Below are positions 36,625 to 47,889 of a stretch of DNA of 64,000 bases, piece by piece. Every line of letters begins with the position of its first letter. Position 1 is the first letter of the stretch. The notes beneath the pieces were generated by a model. That model saw only the letters and a list, made by a program, of their open reading frames with translations. It was not told the origin of the DNA and did not search any database. This DNA comes from Psammoneis japonica. Its lineage: Eukaryota. A program made the translations under genes and the position numbers. The DNA lies in NCBI GenBank assembly GCA_008632985.1, contig QPGO01000053.1, positions 62,001-126,000 of the forward strand, given 5' to 3'.

Positions 36625-36769
36625 CTTGGCAGCAACAGACAAGAGAAATTAGCTGAGAACATATCGTAAGGGTATGGTGTACCGTAGATATCTTTTAATT
36701 TAGAATAGTTGCAACATCTCACGCATGTATAGTAGTGTCAATGACAAGCTACATTTCTTATCATCCTAA

Positions 36770-39540
36770 AGGCGGCACCCGTGACCAAGGACTGAACAAG
36801 ACTGCCAATTTGATGGCTTGCTCATTTCCAGGAGGTGTTGAGGCAAGCTAGCCCTAGGTCACAATGACTTGTTGTTCGTGCAGAGCTCCTTGTGCAATGT
36901 GGTGCACTTGCAGACAGCGCTTGTTCAAGGTGTTGGCAGATTGCAGCCAGAAGCTACATTTTGTGGGAAAGCTCCTGGCACTTTGTCAGTGCATTCTTAG
37001 AGCCAGCCTTCAAATTTCTTGGAGTGCACAGTGTGCTTCAATGTTGGTTAGCATGCCCACTGTGTTGAATGCAAATGCAGTTGTGCCTCAGGCAGCAGCT
37101 CTTTCATGGCTTGCAGGCAGGCAGGCAAGGGAGGACTTGGCATGAGTCTCTGTGATGAATGGGTGGGAGAGCACAAGCAGCTTTTTTCATTTGCTTGTCT
37201 TGCCAGATCAAGAACATTCTGCTGAAACTGCCAATGCAGCTGACAAGGGGTCTTGAATTTCAGGGGCAACCAAGAACTTTTGCAGTGATGCAGAGTTGTG
37301 GGATGTGGCAGGACAGGCTGCAATCTTCTGTCACAAGGCAGACGTGTGTGCTCTGCAGCAGACAAGAAATCTTTTGCTTTCTTCAATGCTTTCACAAGCT
37401 GTCTTTTTGTGTCCTCAAGAAGTTGGTCTCTTTTGCCAGCTCTGGAGTCAGATGTTGGCAGCTCCACTCATTTGGCAGGTGGTCTCTGTCAAGGCCAATG
37501 TCTGCCTTTGAGGCTCATGGGAAGTGGCGCTGTGCTGGCACAAGAAGTTCCAGCATCTTGAGCCAGCCACTGCTTGGCAGCTCACTTGTTCAGTGCAGTT
37601 TGCAAAGTCCACCATGTGGAGTCGAGGTTGCCTCATTTGATTAAACCCCAGCTTTTGGAGGCATGAAGACTTGGCAAGGCATGCTGGAACATGCACAAGG
37701 AGAGAACTTGCCCACTGCCCACTGCCCGTTGGTGGTGGGCAAGATTCTGGAGCAAGGCTGGCAGCAAGCTCTTGGCCTCAATGAGCCATTGTTGTTGCTG
37801 ACATTCATTGTTGCAATGCTGACAGCTTGGCCAGAGCTGCAGACAGCCCAATTGTCTTGATGCACCCCCTCCTGTGCTTCCAGCTCTTGGCTCAAGTCCA
37901 AACATTGGGAGCTCAGCAAGGGTTTCAGAGTTGTTGGGCAGGTGCCCCCCCAACACTTCCGGCTTCTTCAAACTCCCAATGCACAATGACAAATGCACCA
38001 GCTGTGGTGACGGTTGCAGCAGCATGGCTTTGAAGCATCTTTGCAACTTTGCGCACAATGTGGGGATGTGTCCACCATTGAAGCATGGGTTGTCTCCACT
38101 TGGGGGGAAACATTCAAGGCAGATTGATTGGCAAAATTGTGTGCAGAGCTTTTCTCAATTTTTTTGGCATGGTTTTGGTCTCTCTCTCTGAGTGCAGATT
38201 TTGCATTTGCGCACTTGGCCATTGCAACAATGGCTCTTGACAGCAGCTGCACAAAGCTGGCGCCATTGTTGCAACATCCTGTCTCTGGGCAACTTTCAAG
38301 GACAATCAAACTCACATTTTGGAATGTGCACCTCTGGTTGGGACAGGGCTGCAGGTGGCAGTGACAGACAAAAATGCAAAATCCCTGCATGTGGAAATCA
38401 TTGCACAGACAGACCACCACAGCAATTTTCGATGCAGCCAAGTGGTGTGGTGACACCCCAGAATCATGAATCATCACCATCATCACCACCTCAGCTGCAG
38501 CCTGCAACTTGCAACACAACACAATGATGTGGAGGAATGAGCATGTCGCCAAATTGTTCAAACCACCGACTTTGTTGTCAGTCATCTGGCTGCTGCAATT
38601 GAACATCGCAGTGGTGCAATGGGATGACGCGAGCAATGGGATTGCTTTCACACCAGCTGCTGTGGTTGCTCATTCTAAGAAGGAGCAGATTGTTGTCATG
38701 TTTTGCAACCTGTTTGTTCATCCTGATGCAGTGGAAACAACAACTGCAGCAGACATTGTCAAGGAACAATGAGCAACCTCAATGACCAGATGTCTTTGGC
38801 TGGCATGGCCAATGTTTTGGTCTGGTGCTGTGTCACCATTGGCACTGAAACAGACATTTCTCAGCACTGCAGAGATCATTTGGTGTGTCAACATGTGGCA
38901 CATTGTGACAGGAGATGTGAAGAGGTGACCTTGTCAGCCATGCATGGCCGCTGTGAGCAGAATTCACAAGACTCAGCTTTGCACATGCACCCCACCAAGC
39001 GATCACACCATGCACAGCCTGGCCAGAGTGTGTGGAGAAGACACATGCTCAATGCCATGGCAGACTCCAAATGCACTCAAGCCATGCAAAATGATCACCG
39101 CAACACCTGTGGATTGCTCTTTTTGGCCATGTTGACTCCCGTGCTTCCTGGAAATTTCTTCATTGCTCATTGTGGTCATGTCCAAAAATTGCAGAATCCA
39201 ATCAACTTTCAAGAGCATCTGTGGTGGACTGTCCAAAATGTGGTGATGCATCATGGCATCCACACTGGCTTCTGCTCCAAGGAGGAAGCCCATGGGACAT
39301 TTGTCAGAGTGCCGCAAGATGTGCTTCCGAGCATTGGATTGGGAACCACCCATCCCTGCGACATTGTGACATGGCCACGACTCCTGTCATTCAACAGTGC
39401 ACTCAACCGAGTGTGAAGGCAGAGCTTCACTTTGGCATTGCTCCCACATTTCCTTTTGATGCCAATTGGTTCTTCTTGCGTCGCATGAAAATTCGTCGTG
39501 TTCTCGAACAACAAGAAGGTCGCCAAGGCAATCGTGAATG
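36770..39540 (-). mobile_element. TpA-depleted block D; possible non-LTR retrotransposon remnant
   Basis: The compositional signature is clear. Resemblance of minus-strand fragments (QKLGFNQMR / GNLDSTWWTLQ / KQWLA / RCWNFL, ~37540-37660) to the C-terminus of diatom LINE-like ORFs is weak. Confidence 0.4.
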
Positions 39541-39968
39541 CTTTTTATTACCTGGAGTTTCGCACAAGTACTTTTTGCTTTACCGTGAATACCCCAACGT
39601 CAACACTTCCTAGGTTTATGACTTTTACCCCAAGGGGGACTTTCGGAGACAAATCACTCTGGACAATGTGGGGAGTTTCATCAATTACACTGCATTTTAA
39701 TGATTGCCGGGGCAATTTCTGAGTGGGTCTGCAACCTTATTGAACGCAGTGATGCTACAGACACAGCGTGTGAAAGTTTCATAATTTACAAGCTTACACA
39801 CTCGGAGTATTACGTTGACCGACAGCAACTACATGCTGAGACGCGTTGCCGCTTATACCGGAGGTAGAAACAAAGCCCTGTACAACGGCATTGATTCGTT
39901 CGCGTCTCTTCCTTGCATTCCTAGCCCTACACGTTTTCTCTTTCCACTCCACACCGCTACTTTTATAT

Positions 39969-41330
39969 TCAAAGCCTCATTTCTGTGTAATTGAAATTGT
40001 GCAAAAAATCGAAATCCATCTTTTGTGTACACTTGTGTAAACGTTCATCTGTCACGTCACCAATGGCACCGGGACGATTCACCTTGGATACTGGAAAATC
40101 GTGTTGCTTTACCAGTGTCTTCCAATACGCGTCATTGCCCACCCACATTTTTTCCCCAACGGAGGGTTCCGACGGATACAAACCAACTACTTTTGATTTT
40201 TCGTATAAACCAGCAATGGCAATTTCGGATGCTTCTACAATGCATCGTTTGCGTTTGGCTACGACGCGTTTGTTCATCATGCAATGCTCGATTCGACCCT
40301 CCAAGCATGCATGTTTGATATATTTGGAAATGGATGCAGCCGTAAAGCCGCGATAGACACTTGCAAAGAGTAAAGTAGTAGTAGAGAAGTGAACTGTGAG
40401 CCTTGAGTATTGTCGGCGAGAAACAAATTCAGAAACACAACATACAAAAAACAACCATGCATACCTTTCCAACCATATTCGATCGCCCCAACGCGTTTTC
40501 TTGGAATACGACAGTCCCACCATGTCCAATGTATTGCTGTTGTTTGATAATTTATCAGAAATGCCGGTAAAGTTTCGTAGCACAAAGACAGAATCATTCA
40601 CAAGAAGAATGGATTTCAATATGGAAAAATCGTCAATGTCTTGTAACGCATCACACCAGAGTCCCACGTCATAACGATCATTTGGATAGTAGCGTGTCAC
40701 GACTTGGAGATTTAGTATGTTTCGAGCTCGATCTGCAATCGCTTCCATGAAAGTGCGACTCGGCTCGGGCGCCGACACAATTACAAGATCCACTGTCGTC
40801 GTTAAACACTCGAGTTCGGTCCAGAGTGCCACTGCGTGCTTTTCGTCTTTTGGAACGGTTGCAATTATCAGTATGGATTGAACATTGTTTGGTAGACTTA
40901 TTTTTTCTTGTAGTTTTTGTTTCACTGAAGTATTGAAAAGACATTTTTCTGGATGACAGAGCGTTGCATCACATGCCTTGTTGTTACTGCTGGCACTGAC
41001 GCACGCAGTGTATTGAGAACTCCCATAGGTTCTCATCAAGTACTGAATTCGTTCACGACACGAATAGCTTAATCCATTCATTCGTTGAGCCAGAGCCATG
41101 CCTGTACAAGTCGATGGGCAGCCGCAATTGATTGTAGTTGTTTGATTATGATTTGCAGCAAAACTTGTTGTGGTCGATGATTCTGCCGTTATCGGTGGCG
41201 CATCAAACAGTCCATCGTTTTGTTGTTGCATTACTGCAATGGACGTCATGACCCAACCAATAAGGATGATGGACAAAAAGGCCACGCAATAAAAACATGC
41301 GGCAATCCGTCTTCGTGTAATCGCCGCCAT
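39969..41330 (-). CDS. Type II membrane protein with Cys-rich module and glycosyltransferase-like (rhamnan synthesis F-like) domain; probable in-frame 105-nt intron 40464-40360
   Basis: N-terminal TM, CGCPSTCT..SCRERI..AC module and NDRYDVGLWCDAL...LLVNDSVF. Removing GTATGC...AAG yields WLESVYRGF. Function is tentative. Confidence 0.65.
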   Translation of the reverse strand: MAAITRRRIAACFYCVAFLSIILIGWVMTSIAVMQQQNDGLFDAPPITAESSTTTSFAANHNQTTTINCGCPSTCTGMALAQRMNGLSYSCRERIQYLMRTYGSSQYTACVSASSNNKACDATLCHPEKCLFNTSVKQKLQEKISLPNNVQSILIIATVPKDEKHAVALWTELECLTTTVDLVIVSAPEPSRTFMEAIADRARNILNLQVVTRYYPNDRYDVGLWCDALQDIDDFSILKSILLVNDSVFVLRNFTGISDKLSNNSNTLDMVGLSYSKKTRWGDRIWLERYAWLFFVCCVSEFVSRRQYSRLTVHFSTTTLLFASVYRGFTAASISKYIKHACLEGRIEHCMMNKRVVAKRKRCIVEASEIAIAGLYEKSKVVGLYPSEPSVGEKMWVGNDAYWKTLVKQHDFPVSKVNRPGAIGDVTDERLHKCTQKMDFDFLHNFNYTEMRL

Positions 41331-41699
41331 GGTACGAGTACAAGAGAGTGTTGATGATGGACGACAATTATTGTTGTCCGCCGGTCATGCATTTCGAGTC
41401 GAGTGTGTGGGAAAATTTTTGCTCACGACCACAACGGACAGTGAACGAACACCTCCCTATGTAATATTTAACGGTCATATTTACCCGGAGTCATCACAAG
41501 AACACAAAAAATGCCAGCTGCTGCCGCTGGTGTGATGACTGCGCGTGACTGGTGACAACGCAGTTGTGTGTCAGGTTCTCCACGACAACAAGCTCGTCGC
41601 AACCTCATCATGTGCAGTGAGAGAGCATTTCTAATCAGATGTGAAGGCAACTTGAGCGGAGACACATCATTTTTCACACCATCTTGAAGAGCAGCTCAT

Positions 41700-42100
41700 T
41701 GCTGAGCATTCCATCTTTTGTGCTCACAAGGATTTGAGTTTGGTGGAAAGCAGAGCCACTGGAAACAAGATGCTCCACAAGGAGCTGCAAAGTTCACATG
41801 ACCCAAAGTTCATGTTGTGATGGCAAGCGCAGCATGTTGTCATCCTGAAGTGGCTTGTGTCAACTCTGCTTGCAGAAGCAACCTTGCGGAAAATGTGGAC
41901 AAATTCCTTGGCAACTCCACCTGGCTGAAATGGAGCAAAGGATGTGATCATCTTGTCGCAGTCACACGACTTTTCTTCAGCCACTTGCGCGCCCTCCAAG
42001 GAGGGCACCAGTGCAGAAACCTCATGAAATGCCGCTTGACTTGGTTTGGAGAAGATGCAAAACTCAGCAAGGTGAGGAGCCTGGCTTTCACCCAAGAACA
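41700..42100 (+). pseudogene. Possible mutated exostosin-like glycosyltransferase fragment
   Basis: VDKFLGNSTWLKWSKGCDHLVAV resembles the W.RxxGxDH motif of GT47 proteins; the match is short and degraded. Confidence 0.25.
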
Positions 42101-42169
42101 CAAAACTCCAGATCTGGCCATTGTCGCAAGAAGTTTTTGCCAGCCATGGCAACAACAAGCTCAGCCCCA

Positions 42170-43219
42170 AAATTTGGCAACTCCATTGCTTTGTCTGCAG
42201 CCAGCAATGTTCTGGCCATGGGAGCAACTGAGTCAGACTCAGCTGGCCATGGATCCACTCGTCTTTGTGCCCGCCAAAGCAAGCCACACGGCAACCCGCC
42301 ATGGCAAGCAATGGGGCAGATGCTTTTCGGAGAAGAGCTGGGGAGTCGGTTTGGAGCTTCAGTTTTTCCAAGCAAAGCTGGTGCCATTGTTGGCATTGGA
42401 GCTTGTGGTCATGGGGAAGACTCCAGAGGAAAGGCTTCTGTGCTTCAGCTCCAACAGGCCTGCTCCAGCTCCAGGTGCTCTGCTTTTCATCACGCGAGAG
42501 GCCGATTTTCTGTGCAGTTCAGCACAATTGACTCCTTCAATTTTGATCGTTTCGAAAATCAAAAGGTGAGTGTACACCCGAAAACACATGCAAAGTGTGC
42601 AATCACCCTTTGATTTGGCAAAAAACGGGTTTGGAAAAAGCCAATTGCGCCAAATGCACAAATTTTCCAAACGACGGGAATCGAACCCGCGCGGAGCACC
42701 TGGAGCTGGAACAGGCCAACATGACACAAACACATGGGTTCCCATGGGTGCTCCACTGTTTGGTGATGCAGGTGGAGAGTGCTTTGGGTTCTCTGTCGAC
42801 CTTGATGACAGAGGCTCATCCATGGCTGTTGGTGCGAGATGGGGCAAATCTGGTCAAAGAGGCAGTGTTCCTGTCTTTGATTGCAGCGCATCTCCACCAA
42901 AGTGGACCAGGCGCAGTCCAATTCTCCACGGCAAGGCTGTGCACAACTTGTTCAGTTGGTCTGTGTCAACCAGCCCTGATGGCAGCATGGCCCGGTTCAA
43001 TGACGACAACGGAAACAACACCGGCCAGGTCCGGATCTTTGTTGCGACTCAAGCAGTGACTCTTGGGATCAGGTGGGATCAGATCTGAATGGCGATGATC
43101 CTCACGAAGAGTGTGGCAAGTCGGTTTCACTGGCTGGAACCTCTGTTCCAGTGGTTGCGTGTGGTGGTCCATGCCACGGCAATCAAAGAGGACATGTCAA
43201 AGTGTTCTCTCTAAACTGA
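42170..43219 (+). pseudogene. Dead paralog of the C-terminal propeller of the 45495-47621 gene; MITE-interrupted, frameshifted, Tyr codons converted to Cys/His
   Basis: Collinear with ~46830-47621 down to the stop codon (VFSLN* vs VFAFN*). Confidence 0.92.
42457..42717. mobile_element. 261-bp MITE with 27-bp TIRs and 4-bp target duplication AACA
   Basis: Left end ggcctgctccagctccaggtgctctgc; right end reverse-complement ggcctgttccagctccaggtgctccgc. aaca at 42453-42456 and 42718-42721; the live paralog has a single aata at this site. Confidence 0.92.
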
Positions 43220-43578
43220 ACTTGGTGTGGATGCATGATGAACACACCACACATCAAAGCATGATGCTTCTGTGAACATGACTTCATTCTTTCGTCACAA
43301 GGCTCTGCTCGAGGTGTCGTTCATTTTAACAATGCGCAAAAGAAAGTTCGACACCGAGAGGCGTCCTTCTCTTGAGAACCGCACACACTGTAGACTAGAA
43401 CTTTCACGGGTCGAGGCGGAACGATAGCTGTTTGGCTCCTCTATCCTCAGCAACGGATTGTCTCTAATCCTACCTTCTACCTAGAGAGCGGTTCGAAAAT
43501 GGCAATGAGTGCACTGAAAGCGATTTTCCAAAGCCTCCAACAAGCCTTGCCGCTAATTCTACACCTGCATATTCATTT

Positions 43579-44863
43579 CTAAACTTGTTGACATCTAAAG
43601 AGCACAACGGATCTTGTAAGGAAAGGCACAATGACCATTAAGAATGCAGCATAAACAATCCATGGCAGCTGAATCCCACTGTCGATACTCCATCTTGCGC
43701 ACGAAACAGCTAAACAAATCCAAAGGATTGCCTTCCACATTGGCATACCCTCGACACGAGACTCCTTGGCGAGTGCTAAATCCTTACTTTGCCTCCTTGC
43801 CACATCCTTTTGCATCGCCAGCACCTCTTCTTGAACGCGCTTCTCGAGTTCTTCATAAAAATCTCGTCTCGTTTGTAGCCTCTTATTCCATTCGGATTCC
43901 TCATAGTTAGCTAGGCATTGCTTCAAGGACGCTGTTTGTTCAAACGGAAAAACTCCCTGAGATATGTAATTCATGATAAAGGCGGGCACAAACTTGAGTT
44001 TCAAGTCATCGGTCCGGATGCAAGAGAATCCGGCTCGATTTCCAGGCAGCAATTGCACCAAAAAGAGAGACTGAGACTTCATGCGGACAACGCCCTTTGT
44101 GGGCGGAGGCAATTCACAGAATGGACTCGACTGAATTGCCTTTGAGTGGATTAGAAATGCATTGTGCTCTTGAATGTGATAGCCACAGCCTTCTGCCACA
44201 ACGTCTCGATTAGCAATGGGGACAAAGCGAGGAAACTTGATAACCAAACGAAACACTTTGCGGTATTTCGATGGCTCCGCCAGAATTTCCACCAGGTTCT
44301 TAACAACAGAGACAAACATATATATTTAAAGCAAAGAGTGATTATAAAAAGTTAGCACATTCTGTCAATCATAAAGAGATACGTGGAATGTTGACACCTC
44401 TCACCAACATGTTCTGTGGGAACCACAAGGGCAACAGATCTACTTCTGCAAAGAAAGAGCACAATCGAACAAAGTCTGACGGAGGACAACCTTCAAAAAT
44501 AGTCTGGCTTTTGACGGCAAAAAGTGGCGTCCCTTCTACCTTTCGGCTATGAACAATGATTCCATCACGTGAATAGTTCGACTTGGTCCACCCGTCATCT
44601 GTCAACAGGTCTTGTAGCGATTCCTGAATGCTATCCGATTCTCTTATAATACGGTTGATCTCTGTGCGCTTCTTTTTCTCTATGAGTGAAGATTCCAACA
44701 AACCTTCCTTTTGCATCTTGTCCAGCGTTTTGCGAGCCTCAAGGATACGATCCAGCTTCATGTGAGCTTCCATTTCCGCGAGCAGCTGCTGAAGCCGTTC
44801 TTCCTCGCACACCACGGTGCTATTTTCTTCGGTCTCTTGTCGAAGTCTCCGCTTTCTCTTCAT
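43579..44863 (-). CDS. START/SRPBCC-like lipid-binding protein with C-terminal TM helices; exons 44863-44405 and 44298-43579
   Basis: DDGW...GIIVHSRK, EVDLLPLWFP, NRDVVAEGCG, GVVRM and DLKLKFVPAFIMNYI. The phase-0 GT-AG intron joins the two ORFs. Confidence 0.7.
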
Positions 44864-45494
44864 TTTCTCTGCAATTTCACACGCCAGAATTGGTTCGACC
44901 TACGATCTAGGGAAATTGGAGATTAGAGCGCACCGTTCTCGTGATCGATTACAGATCATAAAAATGTTCAACGAGTGTATCAATTGACTCCCGAAAAGTT
45001 GGTGGCATTATTGCAAAGATAAGCAAGCATCGACAAGAGAGTGGCCTTTACTCTCAAGCCGTTTTGACTGTCGTGGAGTGATATCACTCTCTTTGCGTTT
45101 TGATCCTTTCTTTCGCTGATGATGATTCTGCGTTCGCTGATTCCGCTCGAGCTGGCGCCTCATTTTTGGTATTGAAAATGTCCATTCCACGTCCGCCAAA
45201 TTCTGCGAAGAGGAATGAGGTGTGCAAAGCGGCGGAAACGATCAAGAGAAGCAAGACTCGCCGAACGCGGATAAACGATGCGAAGCCCTTGCGCTGACAA
45301 GCGTTGATGACACTTGAGCAATCGATACAGTAATTGTAAATAGTGATACCCGACTAGTCTATTTCAGAGTCTTTTATGAGACTCGAAGACGCAGGATAAG
45401 CAAATTCAGTACCGCACGTTTACTACCTTTTCAAAGTCGCGAGGGACGCGGTATGTAAGAAAAAATTCCTGAAGTGAAAGCAAGAGAGAACACC

Positions 45495-47621
45495 ATGAGA
45501 TCCACCTCGAAACCGGGCGTCGAAGGACATCCGTCACGTAGTTCGTACCGTCGGCAAAGTGCAGCCACAGACGACGACGATGATGAAACCTCAAAGCCTC
45601 CTACACCACGGGTTGGAGGGCCTCCTCCTTCCCCTCCTCCACCACGGGTTGGAGGGCCTCCTCCTTCCCCTCCTCGTACAAACTTTTCTGAAACACCCAC
45701 GACTTCAAAGGCCCGCCCCCGGCCCTTGCATCAGGATCAGATGACGCCGAATGATGCTGGTCCTCCGATTGGTGCTTACGCCGTCTCCACCCAGGGACAG
45801 CAACCAGTGCGCCGAGCTCGTGATGTATATCCCGACGAACAATCCATGTATGCGCCTTACACCGTGGTTACGGATCAAGATGAACCAGAGCCACCCGCAG
45901 AAGAAACGGAAGAGCAACCTCTAGCGCTAGATGTGCCGATTGCGGCCGAGGTGACTCAAACAGATGAAGAGTTACAAGCTCAAGTCGATGCTCTTCAAGC
46001 ACGCCTGAATGAAATAGAACAGCCAGAGCAGGTACCATCTGTGGTCAAGCCGCCAGCGACCACTGGATCGGAATCACGAGATGCACCAGAGCGTAATGAC
46101 CAGGAACGGAAACGGAAGCGCCTATGTCTCGCTCTGGTGTATCTGTTTGTGTTTTTGCTTTCCATCTTGGTCGCGGTGGTTGTAGTTCTTGTCACTCGAA
46201 ACAAAAAAGATTCGAATCCGAGTACGGCAGCTTCAAAAGGTCCTTCGGTTCAAAATAAGACAACGACACCTCCTTCATCATCCCCTCCATCCACAGGTCC
46301 TCCAGTAACAAGCTTACCTGTAACTCCTCCTGTAGCAAGCCCCCCGGTTACAACTCCTCCCGTAACAAGCCCACCGGCTACAACTCCTCCCGTCACAAGC
46401 CCTCCGGTAACACAGCCTCCTACGCCAGTGGGACCGGCATCATGGAAACCACTTGGGCAAGAGTTGATTGGAGCAGGTGTGGCCGACTTTGTTGGTCATG
46501 CTGTCTCCTTGTCACGAGATGGGCGTGTTCTTGTAGTTGGCGCTCCAGAGCCCGCTGAATCAGCTGGCCGTGTTAACGTTTATCGATTGGACGAGGCTAC
46601 TCAAACTTGGGTTGGCATAGGTGAAGCCATCAGGGGTAAGAGCATTAGCTACCGCTTTGGTTGGTCCGTGGCGTCCAATGGTGACGGCACTATAGTCGCA
46701 GTTGGTGCGCCTCCTCGTTTTTCGTTTTTGGAGGAGCTCGCTGGCTACGTTAGTGTGTACGAGTTTGACGACTCTACTTCACGCTGGACCCAAATTGGAT
46801 CTGATATTTTTGGGCTCAACGATGGAGAAGGCTTTGGAGAATCTGTTTCCTTGTCTGACGTTGGTGATATTCTCGCAGTTGGAGCAGTGTTGGTTGATGT
46901 CGTCACTACTCAAGGACTGGTGCGACTGTACAACCGCGATACCATCCCACCGTGGCAGCAAATGGGACAGACGCTCTTTGGCGACGACATTGAGGATAAG
47001 TTTGGCCATTCGGTGACTCTGAGTAAAGCTGGTACGATTGTCGCTATTGGTGCCTATGATTATGGAGATGACTTTGAAGGAAAGGTTTCGGCATTTCAGT
47101 ACCAATATGACACCACCTCGTGGGTCCCACTTGGCGACCCGTTACGCGGAAATGCAAACGGTGAACGATTTGGATTCTCTCTCGATCTTGACGACAGCGG
47201 CTCTGCCATGGTTGTAGGAGCTAGGTGGGGCAAGGCAGATCGTAAGGGCAGCGTTTCTGTCTTCGACTATGACTCCCTACAGTTCGAGTGGAATAGGCGC
47301 GGTCAAATTCTCCACGGTAAGGCTGATTATGACTTGTTTGGTTGGTCTGTTTCCATTAGCTCTGATGGCAACCTGGTTGCCGGAGGCGCCCGGTTCAACG
47401 ACGACAACGGAAACAACACCGGCCAGGTCCGAATCTTTGAGTACGAATCAAGCAGTGACTCTTGGGATCAGGTGGGATCAGATCTGAACGGCGATGATCC
47501 TCACGAAGAGTACGGCAAATCTGTTTCTTTGGGTGGCACCTCGACAAAGCCAGTGATTGCATGCGGTGGCCCATACTACAACAATCGCAGAGGACACGCT
47601 GAAGTCTTTGCCTTTAACTGA
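45495..47621 (+). CDS. Type II membrane protein: Pro-rich cytoplasmic tail, TM, Pro/Thr stalk, extracellular FG-GAP-like beta-propeller
   Basis: Seven FGxSVSLS.DG..VAVGA-like repeats, TM LCLALVYLFVFLLSILVAVVVVLV, a GAYAV motif and (PPVTS/T)n repeats at ~46300-46420. Confidence 0.88.
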   Translation: MRSTSKPGVEGHPSRSSYRRQSAATDDDDDETSKPPTPRVGGPPPSPPPPRVGGPPPSPPRTNFSETPTTSKARPRPLHQDQMTPNDAGPPIGAYAVSTQGQQPVRRARDVYPDEQSMYAPYTVVTDQDEPEPPAEETEEQPLALDVPIAAEVTQTDEELQAQVDALQARLNEIEQPEQVPSVVKPPATTGSESRDAPERNDQERKRKRLCLALVYLFVFLLSILVAVVVVLVTRNKKDSNPSTAASKGPSVQNKTTTPPSSSPPSTGPPVTSLPVTPPVASPPVTTPPVTSPPATTPPVTSPPVTQPPTPVGPASWKPLGQELIGAGVADFVGHAVSLSRDGRVLVVGAPEPAESAGRVNVYRLDEATQTWVGIGEAIRGKSISYRFGWSVASNGDGTIVAVGAPPRFSFLEELAGYVSVYEFDDSTSRWTQIGSDIFGLNDGEGFGESVSLSDVGDILAVGAVLVDVVTTQGLVRLYNRDTIPPWQQMGQTLFGDDIEDKFGHSVTLSKAGTIVAIGAYDYGDDFEGKVSAFQYQYDTTSWVPLGDPLRGNANGERFGFSLDLDDSGSAMVVGARWGKADRKGSVSVFDYDSLQFEWNRRGQILHGKADYDLFGWSVSISSDGNLVAGGARFNDDNGNNTGQVRIFEYESSSDSWDQVGSDLNGDDPHEEYGKSVSLGGTSTKPVIACGGPYYNNRRGHAEVFAFN
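45604..45675 (+). repeat. Two 36-bp coding tandem repeats (PRVGGPPPSPPP)
   Basis: accacgggttggagggcctcctccttcccctcctc at 45605 and 45641. Confidence 0.9.
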
Positions 47622-47889
47622 CGTACAACATTGTTGTACGGTACATGCTTCATATGCGGTGCTTCTGAGGAGCAGCACGGCACACAATAAGGATCCTACA
47701 TGAAACTTTCTCGATGAATGCACAGATTGCAGTTTTTGGAAATCCAGGTCTGTTGCTATTCAATTCATTTTTTGTACATTAAGAATCTTCTTTTCATGGT
47801 AACATCTTTTCTCTCAAATTTGCCTTGATCAATCTACGGGCTTCGTGCTCCATCTACTGCATCTCTCGGTTATTGGCTTCTCGTGCCTC

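Noticed and set aside
42640..42717. tRNA gene or SINE suggested by GGTTCGATTCC
   Set aside because: No D-arm, anticodon arm or acceptor stem is present; the upstream sequence is the MITE TIR.
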